DNA of 64,000 nt from an uncultured Bacilli bacterium (GTDB lineage: Bacteria; Bacillota_I; Bacilli_A; RF39; UBA660): assembly GCA_934096275.1 (NCBI GenBank), contig CAKOLK010000001.1:15876-79875 (forward strand), in the 5' to 3' direction. Below, piece by piece: positions 53,128 through 63,145 of this stretch. The translations under genes and the position numbers were made by a program. The notes under the pieces were generated by a model, which saw nothing but the letters and a program-made list of their open reading frames with translations, ran no database searches and was not told where the DNA came from. How positions within the stretch are numbered: the first letter of the stretch is position 1; each line of letters begins with the position of its first letter.

Positions 53128-56049
53128 TTATAAAACTTCAATATTATTAGCAATAATTTGATACTCATCAAATCTTCTTTCTACTCTACCAAATACTTTT
53201 ATTATATCGTTTCTTTTTATTCTAGTGTTTTTATACATATCAGGAAATAAAGTAATACTTAAAGTACCAGTATTATCACTACCACTTATAAAAGCCATAT
53301 TATCTCCTTTTTTAGTAAGAGTTTCTTTTATTCTATCTACATTTACTATAATAGTAATATTTTTATTATGATTTTCTTTTATATTTGATAAATCTATTAT
53401 ATTAGAATAATTAAGTTTATATTTTTCAGTCTTATGAGAAGTAATATACATACCAAACAGTTCTTTTTCTTTTTCTAGGATTATGTCACTATCAAGTTCT
53501 TCATATACATCTATATTTGGTTTAGGTATGATAGATTCATCTATTTCTTTAGTTAGTTCAATATAATTAATAATGCTATCTATATTATTTAGTAAAGTAT
53601 TAATATTATAACCAAAGCATTCTAGTGAGTGAGAATATATCAAAGATTCAATGACTTTTTTATTATTTATTTTAGATATTGTTCTTTTTACAAAATCAAA
53701 TATATCTATAAAACCATCTTTTCTTACTTCGACTATATAGTTAGATATGACTCCTCCAAGGTTTCTAATACTTGCAATTGGAAACATTATTCCTTCATTT
53801 AGTACTCTAAACTTATAGTCATAGCTTAAGTTAACTGATGGTGGCAAGATCTTTATGCCTAGTTTTTTTATTTCGTTAGTATACTCTTTAATCTTTATTT
53901 CACTACCAATTACTCCCTTTAAAAGATTAGCATAGAAATACTTAGGAAAGTAATACTTTAAATATGCCATTTTATAGGCTACCAAAGTATAAGATACAGA
54001 ATGACTCTTATTAAAACCATAGTTAGCAAACTTAAGTATTAAATTAAATACTTCTTGTGATGTTTCTTTACTATATCCATTATTAATAGACTTATCTATA
54101 AACTTATTTTCTTCTTGTTTTAGTACATCGTATTTTTTCTTACTCATTGCTCTTCTTAGGATGTCTGCTTCTCCAAGAGTATAATTAGCTAGTTTTTGGG
54201 CAATTAGCATTATTTGTTCTTGATATATAATTATTCCATAAGTATCTTTTAATATTTCATATAATGACTCATCTATATAATCAATCTTTTCTTTACCTTC
54301 TTTTCTTTTTATATATGATGGAATATTTTCAGCAGGGCCTGGTCTAAATAAAGCAATCGCAGCACATAAATCATTAAAGTTTTTAGGTTTTAAGTCTTTT
54401 AAGAACTTTCTCATTCCATCACTTTCAAATTGAAATATACCAGTAGTATCTCCATTATAGAACAAAGACATAACCTTAGGATCATCAAGAGGTATTTTAT
54501 TAAAATTAATATTAAGATTTAGTTCTTTATTTATATCATTAATAACATTATCAATAATAGAAAGGTTTTTAATACCCAAAAAGTCCATTTTAATAAGTCC
54601 AATATCTTCGAGATATTCCATAGTATACTCTGTTAAATACAAATCATCACTATTATTCTTAATAATAGGAAGTATTTCATATAATGGTTTATAACTAATT
54701 ACAATACCTGCAGCATGTATACTAGTATGTCTTTTGTTTCCTTCAATTCTATTTACTATGTTATATAAAAGTTTAAATCTATCAGAACTATCAATTAGTT
54801 TATATATTTCTTTATCTCTTTTTACTAGTTCTTTTAGACTTTCTTTAAAGTTTAATCTTTTACATATATAATCTATATCTTTAATATCAATATTTAAAAC
54901 ACGACCAATGTCTCTTACTGCTTGACGTCCTCCGAGTGTACCAAAGGTAATAATTCCTGCGACATTAGTCTCTTTATATTTACTTTTTACGTAGTCTATT
55001 ACTTGTTCCCTTTTAGTATCAGGAAAATCAGTATCAATATCAGGCATAGTAATTCTTTCTGGATTTAAAAATCTTTCAAATAGTAAATTATATTTAATAG
55101 GATCTACTTCAGTAATACCAAGACAATAAGAAACAAGAGAACCTGCTGCTGAACCTCTTCCTGGACCCACTAAAATATTATTTTGTTTTGCATATTTAAT
55201 ATAATCATATACTACTAGAAAGTAATCTTCAAAATGCATATTTAATATTATATCTAATTCATAGTTTAATCTATTTAGATATATATCAGTTACATTACCA
55301 TTCAATCTTTTATATAGACCTTTTAATGATAAGTTTTTTAAGTATTCTTTAGAGTCAGGAACATCATATTTAGGCATATATAATTCTTTAGTAAAAACAA
55401 TATTACATAAATCACTTATTTTATTAGTATTATTTAAAGTATTAAAAGATAATCTATTTACTAAATCATCATAATTATATAAATAATTATTTTGATAGTT
55501 AAACTCTATTCCATCAGAAATAGTTTTACCTGATTTAATCATATATACATATGGAAGATATTTATATTCATATTCTTCTAGAAAAAGAGTTTTAGATACA
55601 TATACTAAGTTATCTTTATATGAGTTAAAATTAGATTCTTCACTTTGAGATACTCCGATAAATATATGGTTAAAGTATTGTTTTAAAGATTCAAATAAAG
55701 ATGAAGTAAATACTATACATACTAAGTTATTGCTATAAGTAATTAAATCATTTAAAGTTAGTTCTCTATCATTTTTAATATTTTCTATTCTTACAATATT
55801 ATGGTATCCTATTTCATTTTCTGCATATAAAAGAATATGATTATTATCAAGTATAATATCTAGACCAATTATTGGTTTTATATCATTTTTATTCATTTTA
55901 TTAATGAACTCCATAGTACCATATAGGTTATCATCACATATTGCACAAGAAGTAATATTAAGTTTTTTTAATTTTTTAATTAGATCATCGATTTTAATAA
56001 GACTATTAAGTAGACTATAATCTGTTTTAATATATAATGGTGTATACAT
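53128..56049 (-). CDS. dnaE: DNA polymerase III alpha subunit, DnaE-type
   Basis: PHP N-terminus (YTPLYIKTDYSLLNS), polymerase core (PGRGSAAGSLVSYCLGIT.VDP; MPDIDTDF), and a C-terminal OB fold. The start is at the ATG after AAAGGAGG. Confidence 0.93.
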   Translation of the reverse strand: MYTPLYIKTDYSLLNSLIKIDDLIKKLKKLNITSCAICDDNLYGTMEFINKMNKNDIKPIIGLDIILDNNHILLYAENEIGYHNIVRIENIKNDRELTLNDLITYSNNLVCIVFTSSLFESLKQYFNHIFIGVSQSEESNFNSYKDNLVYVSKTLFLEEYEYKYLPYVYMIKSGKTISDGIEFNYQNNYLYNYDDLVNRLSFNTLNNTNKISDLCNIVFTKELYMPKYDVPDSKEYLKNLSLKGLYKRLNGNVTDIYLNRLNYELDIILNMHFEDYFLVVYDYIKYAKQNNILVGPGRGSAAGSLVSYCLGITEVDPIKYNLLFERFLNPERITMPDIDTDFPDTKREQVIDYVKSKYKETNVAGIITFGTLGGRQAVRDIGRVLNIDIKDIDYICKRLNFKESLKELVKRDKEIYKLIDSSDRFKLLYNIVNRIEGNKRHTSIHAAGIVISYKPLYEILPIIKNNSDDLYLTEYTMEYLEDIGLIKMDFLGIKNLSIIDNVINDINKELNLNINFNKIPLDDPKVMSLFYNGDTTGIFQFESDGMRKFLKDLKPKNFNDLCAAIALFRPGPAENIPSYIKRKEGKEKIDYIDESLYEILKDTYGIIIYQEQIMLIAQKLANYTLGEADILRRAMSKKKYDVLKQEENKFIDKSINNGYSKETSQEVFNLILKFANYGFNKSHSVSYTLVAYKMAYLKYYFPKYFYANLLKGVIGSEIKIKEYTNEIKKLGIKILPPSVNLSYDYKFRVLNEGIMFPIASIRNLGGVISNYIVEVRKDGFIDIFDFVKRTISKINNKKVIESLIYSHSLECFGYNINTLLNNIDSIINYIELTKEIDESIIPKPNIDVYEELDSDIILEKEKELFGMYITSHKTEKYKLNYSNIIDLSNIKENHNKNITIIVNVDRIKETLTKKGDNMAFISGSDNTGTLSITLFPDMYKNTRIKRNDIIKVFGRVERRFDEYQIIANNIEVL

Positions 56050-56148
56050 AAATATTACCTCCTTTAATATATATTTTATCATAAAAAGTTGACTTATTGG
56101 AATAAAATATGATAGAATTATAGTGCTTATTAAAAAGGAGGGATTAAT

Positions 56149-56319
56149 GTGGCTAAAAATTTATCAAATAGAAAACCTAATATGAAGAATCTTCGTCCAA
56201 ATTGTTTAAAAAAGACTATTAAAAAACAAGGACTAAATTTACAAGTAGTAACTTTAGATAACGGAGAAAAAGTAAGAGTTTCAGTAAAAGAAGCTAGAAC
56301 AATGAAGAAAGCTATTTAA
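56149..56319 (+). CDS. 56-aa basic protein, possibly ribosomal protein L28-like (not in the ORF track)
   Basis: GGAGGG lies 6 nt before the GTG. Sequence (M)AKNLSNRKPNMKNLRPNCLKKTIKKQGLNLQVVTLDNGEKVRVSVKEARTMKKAI. The ..NLQ.V.....G..VRVSVK.ART.KK portion resembles bL28. A terminator follows. Confidence 0.4.
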   Translation: MAKNLSNRKPNMKNLRPNCLKKTIKKQGLNLQVVTLDNGEKVRVSVKEARTMKKAI

Positions 56320-56326
56320 TTAGTAA

Positions 56327-56364
56327 AGAGATATCAAGTTGCAAATGATATCTCTTTTATTTTA
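56327..56364. terminator. bidirectional terminator
   Basis: AGAGATATC-aagttgcaaat-GATATCTCT + TTTTATTTT. Confidence 0.6.
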
Positions 56365-56373
56365 TTATTTTTA

Positions 56374-57969
56374 TTATTTTAACATTGATAATACTGAACG
56401 TGAAGCACGAGTGCTAATTGAAGAACCATCGCTAAAGTAAAAAGCGAATATACCGGCATAAGTTGTATGGCTATAAAGACCACCACGAACAAAAAATGAA
56501 TAAGTATCATATGGATAATATGTATAATCTTTATACCAACCACCATTTGAAAGTGAATTATTTTCTTGAATTTCTTGCGTTGAATCTCCAATTAGCCCTG
56601 AGCCATTTGTTGTTTTTTCTGAGTAATAATTATAATGATTATAATACTTTGATAGTGGATAGGTAGAAGTCCAGTTTTCAGCTTTACCAACTCCGAAACT
56701 ACTTGAACTTCCACTGCTCATTGTATAGTCCCATGCTCCTCCACTCATATCGTATATTCCTGTAATATTACCTGTTGTTGATGCAATTTTGTTCATATCT
56801 CTTGTTGTGCTTTTTGTGTTTGTATTATACTCAAGCAAATATCCATCGTATGTATAAAAACCATATGTATTATATTGTGTTGTTGATGTTTGATCTTCAT
56901 ATGTCTTATTTATTTCTGTTGATCCTCCAACATCTCCTCCACTTCTTCCAGTATAACATCCTCTTGAATTATTGATATTTATTTCTTTATTTATTCCGTA
57001 TTTAGAATGTGATAAATATGCTATTGCTCCCCATTCTATATTTTTGATCATGTGTATATCTATATCGTTTGTGTCTCCTGTTAGACTTCCATTCCAATTA
57101 AATGTTGTGCTATTGCTTTGTTCAAACCCATATATATTATTTGAGGCCTCCATTTGTCTTATGTCTTTAAACATGTATGATATTGTTTTATATCTTAGGG
57201 ATTGTACATCTGGTTTTATTATTATTATTGAATCTTCTGTAGAAGTTTTTGTTGGTATTGTTGTTGCACTATTTTCAAACTTGCCTACCCATATTCCTGT
57301 TAGTTCTTGGTCTCCAAAAGTAAATGCTGGATGAGTGCAAGTAGTAGAATTAGCTTCTAAATTAGCATTATTAACATATGTATTGAAACATTTTGCTGTA
57401 CCAGTGCTTTCTGTGCCACTTTCAAACTTTATATTTATATCTTGAGGTTTTATTGACGGAAAGATAGTATATTTATATCTTGGTATCCATACCCACATTG
57501 TATTTATATCATCCATTTTTATTTCTGTTCCTATATCTGCATTCAGATATTTTGTTCTGTTAGTAGAGCTTACTGTTACGGCGTTTGCCCACATCTTATT
57601 ATCATAATCGTACCATTGATACTTTTTACTGCTATTACTAACATCAGCTTTCTTCCATGATGAGCTTTCAGTGTCATAATATATTGGTATCATATTACTT
57701 GCAAGAAATGGCTTATTGGCTCCACTTGTATCTAAATTTGATTTTATATATAATCTTATAGTTTTGTTTGATTCAATACTACTACTCCATTTTGCATATG
57801 AGGTGTTCGTGTAATTATAAGAAATAATACCACTAAGTAATAACACAAAAATACCTATTAGTGATAATAGATATTTATTACAATCCTTTATGTCTTTAAA
57901 TAGGAGGGCTACTTTGCTAGTATCCCTTCCAAGCGAATATTTGTTTATTATATTTTTCACAGTCATCAA
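56374..57969 (-). CDS. surface-protein family member 6 (long class) with no poly-G tract and no shared promoter cassette
   Basis: MMTVKNIINKYSLGRDTSKVALLFKDIKDCNKYLLSLIGIFVLLLSGIISYNYTNTSYAKWSSS.... CTT GGA AGG GAT ACT AGC occupies the place of the tract. The body is homologous to member 5 (ANKP.L.SNMIP.YYD; MWVWIPRY.YT; THPAF; LTGIWVGKFE; MKN.EWGA..YLSHSKYGINKEI). Confidence 0.85.
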   Translation of the reverse strand: MMTVKNIINKYSLGRDTSKVALLFKDIKDCNKYLLSLIGIFVLLLSGIISYNYTNTSYAKWSSSIESNKTIRLYIKSNLDTSGANKPFLASNMIPIYYDTESSSWKKADVSNSSKKYQWYDYDNKMWANAVTVSSTNRTKYLNADIGTEIKMDDINTMWVWIPRYKYTIFPSIKPQDINIKFESGTESTGTAKCFNTYVNNANLEANSTTCTHPAFTFGDQELTGIWVGKFENSATTIPTKTSTEDSIIIIKPDVQSLRYKTISYMFKDIRQMEASNNIYGFEQSNSTTFNWNGSLTGDTNDIDIHMIKNIEWGAIAYLSHSKYGINKEININNSRGCYTGRSGGDVGGSTEINKTYEDQTSTTQYNTYGFYTYDGYLLEYNTNTKSTTRDMNKIASTTGNITGIYDMSGGAWDYTMSSGSSSSFGVGKAENWTSTYPLSKYYNHYNYYSEKTTNGSGLIGDSTQEIQENNSLSNGGWYKDYTYYPYDTYSFFVRGGLYSHTTYAGIFAFYFSDGSSISTRASRSVLSMLK

Positions 57970-58119
57970 ATCCTTAACTATATTTAATAATTTTACATAT
58001 TATTATAGGAAAGATACAATACAATGATTAGGTATTTTAAATATATGTTAACAACATATTAATATACTTACGTAATTGTTCATTCAAGAAAATATTATAT
58101 CTATCCCAATTACACTATA

Positions 58120-58743
58120 CTATGTATTTTTAATTTTATCAATATTCTTATAATTATTTAAAATATACGATGCACTTACTACTATATCAACATTGGTTAG
58201 TTTGTCAATATTGTTATCATTTACTCCACCATCTATTTCTATTTTAGTAGAAAGGTTTCTTCTTATTATTTCTTTTTTTAATTCATTTACTTTTTCAATA
58301 GAATCTTCAATAAAAGTTTGTCCACTTTCACCAGGTTCTACACTCATTATTAAAACCATATTAATTTTATCTAAGTATTTATATATTTCTTTTACATCTG
58401 TATTAGGTTTTAATGATACACCAACTTTTAGACCATATTCTTTTATTTTATCAATTACTTTATCTAAGTTTTTTATTTCATAATGAATAGTTACATAGTC
58501 TATGTTGTATAAATAAATCTTTTCTATATATTTTAATGGATCATTAACCATAAAATGAATATCATTTTTTTTAGTAGATAAATCTAAGTATGTAGTTAAT
58601 TCTTTTATAGAAAGATTTTTATTGTCTACAAACTTCCCATCCATTACATCAAAATGTATATAGTCAGTATTTGTTTTATTAAGTTCTAAAATAGTTTTTT
58701 TATAGTCTTTATCACTTAGAAATGATGTTGATACTTCTTTCAT
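58120..58743 (-). CDS. rpe: ribulose-phosphate 3-epimerase
   Basis: ...IHFDVMDGKFV.N......M.V.PG..GQ.F......K........I.IDGG. Confidence 0.85.
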   Translation of the reverse strand: MKEVSTSFLSDKDYKKTILELNKTNTDYIHFDVMDGKFVDNKNLSIKELTTYLDLSTKKNDIHFMVNDPLKYIEKIYLYNIDYVTIHYEIKNLDKVIDKIKEYGLKVGVSLKPNTDVKEIYKYLDKINMVLIMSVEPGESGQTFIEDSIEKVNELKKEIIRRNLSTKIEIDGGVNDNNIDKLTNVDIVVSASYILNNYKNIDKIKNT

Positions 58744-58745
58744 GA

Positions 58746-59564
58746 TTACCTCTTTTCTATGAACTTTTTATAATTATCATATCTTGATTTTAATATTTTT
58801 TTATTATTTTTTATTACACATTCTTTTTCATTAATGTGCATGCAATCTTTATAAGGACAATTATAACTATTAAATTCTATGAATGAATCTCTTATTTGTT
58901 TATCAGTATAACTACTTAAGTCAATAGCAGAAAATCCTGGAGTATCTAATACTTTACCACCAAATAGTTGTACAAGAGTTACATATCTAGTTGTATGTTT
59001 ACCTCTTCCTAAAGCCTCTGATATTTCATTTGTTTCAAAGTTTAGGCTTTTATCTAACCTATTCATAAGAGAAGATTTTCCTGCGCCTGTTTGACCAGTA
59101 AAGACTGTTGTTTTATTTTTGAATAGTCTTTTTATTTTAAATAGTTCTGTATTATATACTACTTTATATCCAATATGTTTGTAATATTTTATTACTTTTT
59201 TTATTTCTTTTAATTCTTTGTTATTTAGTAAATCTTTTTTTGTTAAACATATTACTGGGTCTATATTATTTATATGGCATATTACAAGTAGTTTATCTAA
59301 TAAGTTAGTAGAAAAGTCTGGTTTTTTTAAACTAGTTATAATAAATGCTTGATCTATATTAGCAACACTTGGTCTTAATAGATTATTTTTTCTAGGTAAT
59401 ATATTTAATATATAATTATTGTCTATATCGAATAAAACATAATCCCCAACTTGGGGAGTTATGTTTTCATTCTTAAACTTACCTCTTGCTTTACACACAT
59501 ATTCTTTATCATTATGTAATACAAAGTAATCATTACTTATTATTTTTATAATTTGTCCTTGCAT
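58746..59564 (-). CDS. rsgA: ribosome small-subunit-dependent GTPase A
   Basis: N-terminal OB fold, circularly permuted GTPase (FTGQTGAGKSSLMNRL; DTPGF), and a Zn-finger C-terminus (C..C.H..E..C). Confidence 0.88.
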   Translation of the reverse strand: MQGQIIKIISNDYFVLHNDKEYVCKARGKFKNENITPQVGDYVLFDIDNNYILNILPRKNNLLRPSVANIDQAFIITSLKKPDFSTNLLDKLLVICHINNIDPVICLTKKDLLNNKELKEIKKVIKYYKHIGYKVVYNTELFKIKRLFKNKTTVFTGQTGAGKSSLMNRLDKSLNFETNEISEALGRGKHTTRYVTLVQLFGGKVLDTPGFSAIDLSSYTDKQIRDSFIEFNSYNCPYKDCMHINEKECVIKNNKKILKSRYDNYKKFIEKR

Positions 59565-59573
59565 AATTGCTCC

Positions 59574-61331
59574 TTATTCTGTTTTATTATCTGTATTTGT
59601 TTCATCTTTTTTACTGTCATCTGTTTTTGTATCTGTTTTATTATCAGTACTTGGAGTATCTACTCTTTTCTTAGCAATAGTTATTTTAAGCGTAGCTCCT
59701 TTAGTAATAACTGTATCTTTTGCTCTACTTTGATCAATTATTGTACCTTCATCGTAGTCATTAGTTTCTTGATATTCCTTCTTTAGAGTTATTCCTTTTT
59801 CTTTAGCCCATTTTTCAGTTTCTTCGACTGTCCAACCTTCTTTTACTATATCAGGATATTTTTCTAATACTCTAGGTATGTAAAGAATTATTTTATCATC
59901 TTCGGTTAGTTCTTCTCCGGCCTTTACAGATTGATCAATTATTTCTTGTTCATCATATTTTTTATTATCACTAACATCTTTTTCTTCGACAGTTACTGTT
60001 ATACCAGATAGTTCTAGTTTTGTTTTTATTTCAATATAGTTTTTACCGGTATAGTCTTCCACAACTACTTTAGAAGCACCACTTGATACTATAAGTGTTA
60101 TTTTAGTACCTTCTTTTATAAATCTACCAATTGATGGACTAGTATTTATTACTTTACCTTCTTCAATTTCTTTTGATGGTTCTTGCTTTAATTCAACATC
60201 TACTTCAAAACCTAAGTCTTTTAATTTTTTTTCAGCTTCAGCAACTGTATAATTAGAAACATCAGGTATTTTTACATCATCAGGCTCAGTAAGTTTTGGT
60301 AAAAGGATAAATACAAATGCTAGTATTAGTAATAAAGCACCAAATACTATACCAAGTATTATTATCTTTTTGTTTTTCTTTTCTTCAGTATCATCTTTTA
60401 TTTGACTTACTAAACTATTGTCTATATCACTTGAATTAGTAACAACAGAATTATCTTCAAGTATACCTTCATTATATTTTAGTTTTCTTACTGGTTCATT
60501 TAATCTATCTTTATCTAAACATGTAGCTAGGTCATCATGCATTTCATTAGCATTAGCATACCTATTCTTAGGATTTTTAGCAGTAGCAGTTTTTAATATG
60601 TTTTCAATACTTTGAGGTATTTCAGGATATTCATCTCTTATATTTGGAAATGGTTCTTTTAAATGTTTTAATGCTATTTCTACAGCATTATCACCACGAA
60701 ATGGAAGAACTCCAGTAAGTAGTTCATACATCATTATACCAAGTGAATAAACATCACTTTTTAAAGTAGCACCTTTTCCGTTAGCTTGTTCTGGTGGAAA
60801 ATAATGAACAGAACCCATCGCAGAGTTTGTTTGGGTAAGTTGTGTAGCATTAAGTGCCATAGCAATACCAAAGTCTGTTATTTTTATTTCTCCATCGTCT
60901 TTTATTAATATATTTTGTGGTTTTAAATCTCTATGAATAATTAAATTATCATGAGCAGCACCCATAGCACTAGTAATTTGTAGCATAATATCTACTACTT
61001 CATGAACAGTAAGCTTTTCTCTTTTCTTCAATAGTTGTTTTAAGTTCTTACCAGGAACATATTCCATAACGATATAATAATCGCCATCGTCTTCTCCTAC
61101 TCCATAGATTTGTACTATATTATGATGAGAAAGTGATGAAGCAGAAAGTGCTTCTCTTTGAAATCTTCTTACAAATTTTTCATCAGTTGCAAGATCACCA
61201 CGTAATACTTTTATTGCAACTTGTCTTTTTAATATATTATCAAAAGCAAGATATACATTAGCCATCCCGCCTTCTCCGATTGTTTTTAATATTTCATATC
61301 TATCATCTACTAATTGTCCTTTTACTATCAT
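59574..61331 (-). CDS. prkC: Ser/Thr protein kinase with PASTA repeats (PrkC/PknB-like)
   Basis: Hanks kinase motifs (GEGGMANVY; HRDLKPQNIL; DFGIA), a TM segment, and three PASTA-like repeats. Confidence 0.9.
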   Translation of the reverse strand: MIVKGQLVDDRYEILKTIGEGGMANVYLAFDNILKRQVAIKVLRGDLATDEKFVRRFQREALSASSLSHHNIVQIYGVGEDDGDYYIVMEYVPGKNLKQLLKKREKLTVHEVVDIMLQITSAMGAAHDNLIIHRDLKPQNILIKDDGEIKITDFGIAMALNATQLTQTNSAMGSVHYFPPEQANGKGATLKSDVYSLGIMMYELLTGVLPFRGDNAVEIALKHLKEPFPNIRDEYPEIPQSIENILKTATAKNPKNRYANANEMHDDLATCLDKDRLNEPVRKLKYNEGILEDNSVVTNSSDIDNSLVSQIKDDTEEKKNKKIIILGIVFGALLLILAFVFILLPKLTEPDDVKIPDVSNYTVAEAEKKLKDLGFEVDVELKQEPSKEIEEGKVINTSPSIGRFIKEGTKITLIVSSGASKVVVEDYTGKNYIEIKTKLELSGITVTVEEKDVSDNKKYDEQEIIDQSVKAGEELTEDDKIILYIPRVLEKYPDIVKEGWTVEETEKWAKEKGITLKKEYQETNDYDEGTIIDQSRAKDTVITKGATLKITIAKKRVDTPSTDNKTDTKTDDSKKDETNTDNKTE

Positions 61332-61347
61332 TTTATCAACACCCTTC

Positions 61348-62073
61348 TTATCTTACCATATAAGCAACTGATATATTATCATTGCCACCCCTGTTATTAG
61401 CTTTTTTAATTAGTTTAATAACTTTTTCTTCAATTGAAAGATCTTCAAGCAAAACATGTTCTATTTGTTCTTCAGTAAGCATTGTAGTAAGTCCATCAGA
61501 TGATAAAACTATTCCTTCAATTTCCATATTACAATCAAAGATATCTATTTCAACTGGATCATTTATCCCAAGTGCATTCATCAAAATGTTTTTACGAGGA
61601 TGATTTCTTGCTTCTTCTTTAGTAAGTTCTCCTGCACTAACAAGTAAATTTACTAAAGTATGATCATATGTTACTTTATGTAATTTATTATCTTTCATAA
61701 CAAACCCTGATGAGTCTCCGATATTACCAAATAATATATAATCACTTGTAACAATACAAAGTACTAAAGTAGTACCCATTCCCTTACTTTCTTGGTGTTC
61801 ATCTGTATATTTAAATATTAAACTATTTATTTCATTAACACTATTTCTTATCCATTCAACAGCATCTTGCTTAGTCATTTTAAAGAAACTCTCACTGAAT
61901 CTTTTTCCTAAATAACTAATTGCTATTGATGATGCAACTTCTCCGGCAGAATGTCCACCCATTCCATCCGCTACTGCCATAAGAGTAGCACTATCACTAT
62001 TTGTAAGAATAATCACACTATCTTCATTATGATCTCTTACCAAACCAGTATCAGTTAAATAAAATGTTTCCAT
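61348..62073 (-). CDS. prpC: PP2C-family Ser/Thr phosphatase (PrpC/Stp)
   Basis: RDHNEDS, ADGMGGH, ...SDGL..., GG.DN.S motifs. Confidence 0.9.
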   Translation of the reverse strand: METFYLTDTGLVRDHNEDSVIILTNSDSATLMAVADGMGGHSAGEVASSIAISYLGKRFSESFFKMTKQDAVEWIRNSVNEINSLIFKYTDEHQESKGMGTTLVLCIVTSDYILFGNIGDSSGFVMKDNKLHKVTYDHTLVNLLVSAGELTKEEARNHPRKNILMNALGINDPVEIDIFDCNMEIEGIVLSSDGLTTMLTEEQIEHVLLEDLSIEEKVIKLIKKANNRGGNDNISVAYMVR

Positions 62074-62074
62074 T

Positions 62075-63094
62075 CTATTCCTCCTTTTTTGATCTTAATT
62101 GACCACATGCAGCAGAAATATTACTACCAAATTCTCTTCTTATAGTAACATTTATACCTTCCTTTTTTATTATATCATAAAATTTCATAATTGTATCTTT
62201 TTTACTTCTTTTATATAAAATATTACTGTTTTCATTGTAAGGAATTAAGTTAATATAACAGTTTATTCCTTTGATTAGCCTACATAACTGTCTAGCATGT
62301 TCTTCTTTATCATTTATATCCTTTAGTAATATATATTCAAAAGTAACACGACGATTAGTGTTTGATACATAGTCTTTTACTGCCTTAATTAATTCATCAA
62401 GTGGATACGCTTTATTAATAGGCATTAAAAAGTTTCTTAATTCATAATTTGGGGCATGTAAACTAATTGCTAGATTAACTTGATATGGAAGTTTACTAAA
62501 CTCATATATCTTAGGAACTATTCCACAAGTAGACACAGTAATATGACGTGATCCAATATTAAGTGCTTTATGATGATTGGCTATTTTAATAAATTTTACT
62601 AAGTTATCAAAATTATCAAATGGTTCACCAATACCCATGATTACTATATGAGTAATTCTTTCTTTAATTAGCTCTTCAATCATCATAATCTGAAGAATCA
62701 TTTCATATGCATTTAAATTACGTACTTTTTTTCTTCTTCCACTTTCACAGAAACTACAACTCATATTGCATCCTACTTGACTAGATATACATAAGCTAAG
62801 TCCATAGTTATGTCTCATTAATACACTTTCTATATGCTCTTTGTCTTTTAGTTTAAATAAAAACTTAGAAACATCTGTATCAATTTCTTGGCTTACTATC
62901 TCTAACTTTTCTATAGAAAAAGAATTTTTAAGTAATAAAATAAGATCTTTACTTAAATTAGTCATTTCATCATATGATGATACTCTTTTATCATATAACC
63001 ATTCAAATATTTGAGAAGTACGATATTTTTTTTGATTATTATCTATTAAAAAGTTTTCTAACTCTTCATAAGTTAAGTTATATATATTTTCCAT
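62075..63094 (-). CDS. rlmN: 23S rRNA/tRNA adenine-C2 methyltransferase (radical SAM)
   Basis: CISSQVGCNMSCSFCESG radical-SAM cluster motif and a C-terminal ...ISAACGQL. Confidence 0.9.
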   Translation of the reverse strand: MENIYNLTYEELENFLIDNNQKKYRTSQIFEWLYDKRVSSYDEMTNLSKDLILLLKNSFSIEKLEIVSQEIDTDVSKFLFKLKDKEHIESVLMRHNYGLSLCISSQVGCNMSCSFCESGRRKKVRNLNAYEMILQIMMIEELIKERITHIVIMGIGEPFDNFDNLVKFIKIANHHKALNIGSRHITVSTCGIVPKIYEFSKLPYQVNLAISLHAPNYELRNFLMPINKAYPLDELIKAVKDYVSNTNRRVTFEYILLKDINDKEEHARQLCRLIKGINCYINLIPYNENSNILYKRSKKDTIMKFYDIIKKEGINVTIRREFGSNISAACGQLRSKKEE

Positions 63095-63145
63095 ATTTTT
63101 CCCTCAAGATAATTATATAAAAAAAAACACACTAAATCAAGTGTC

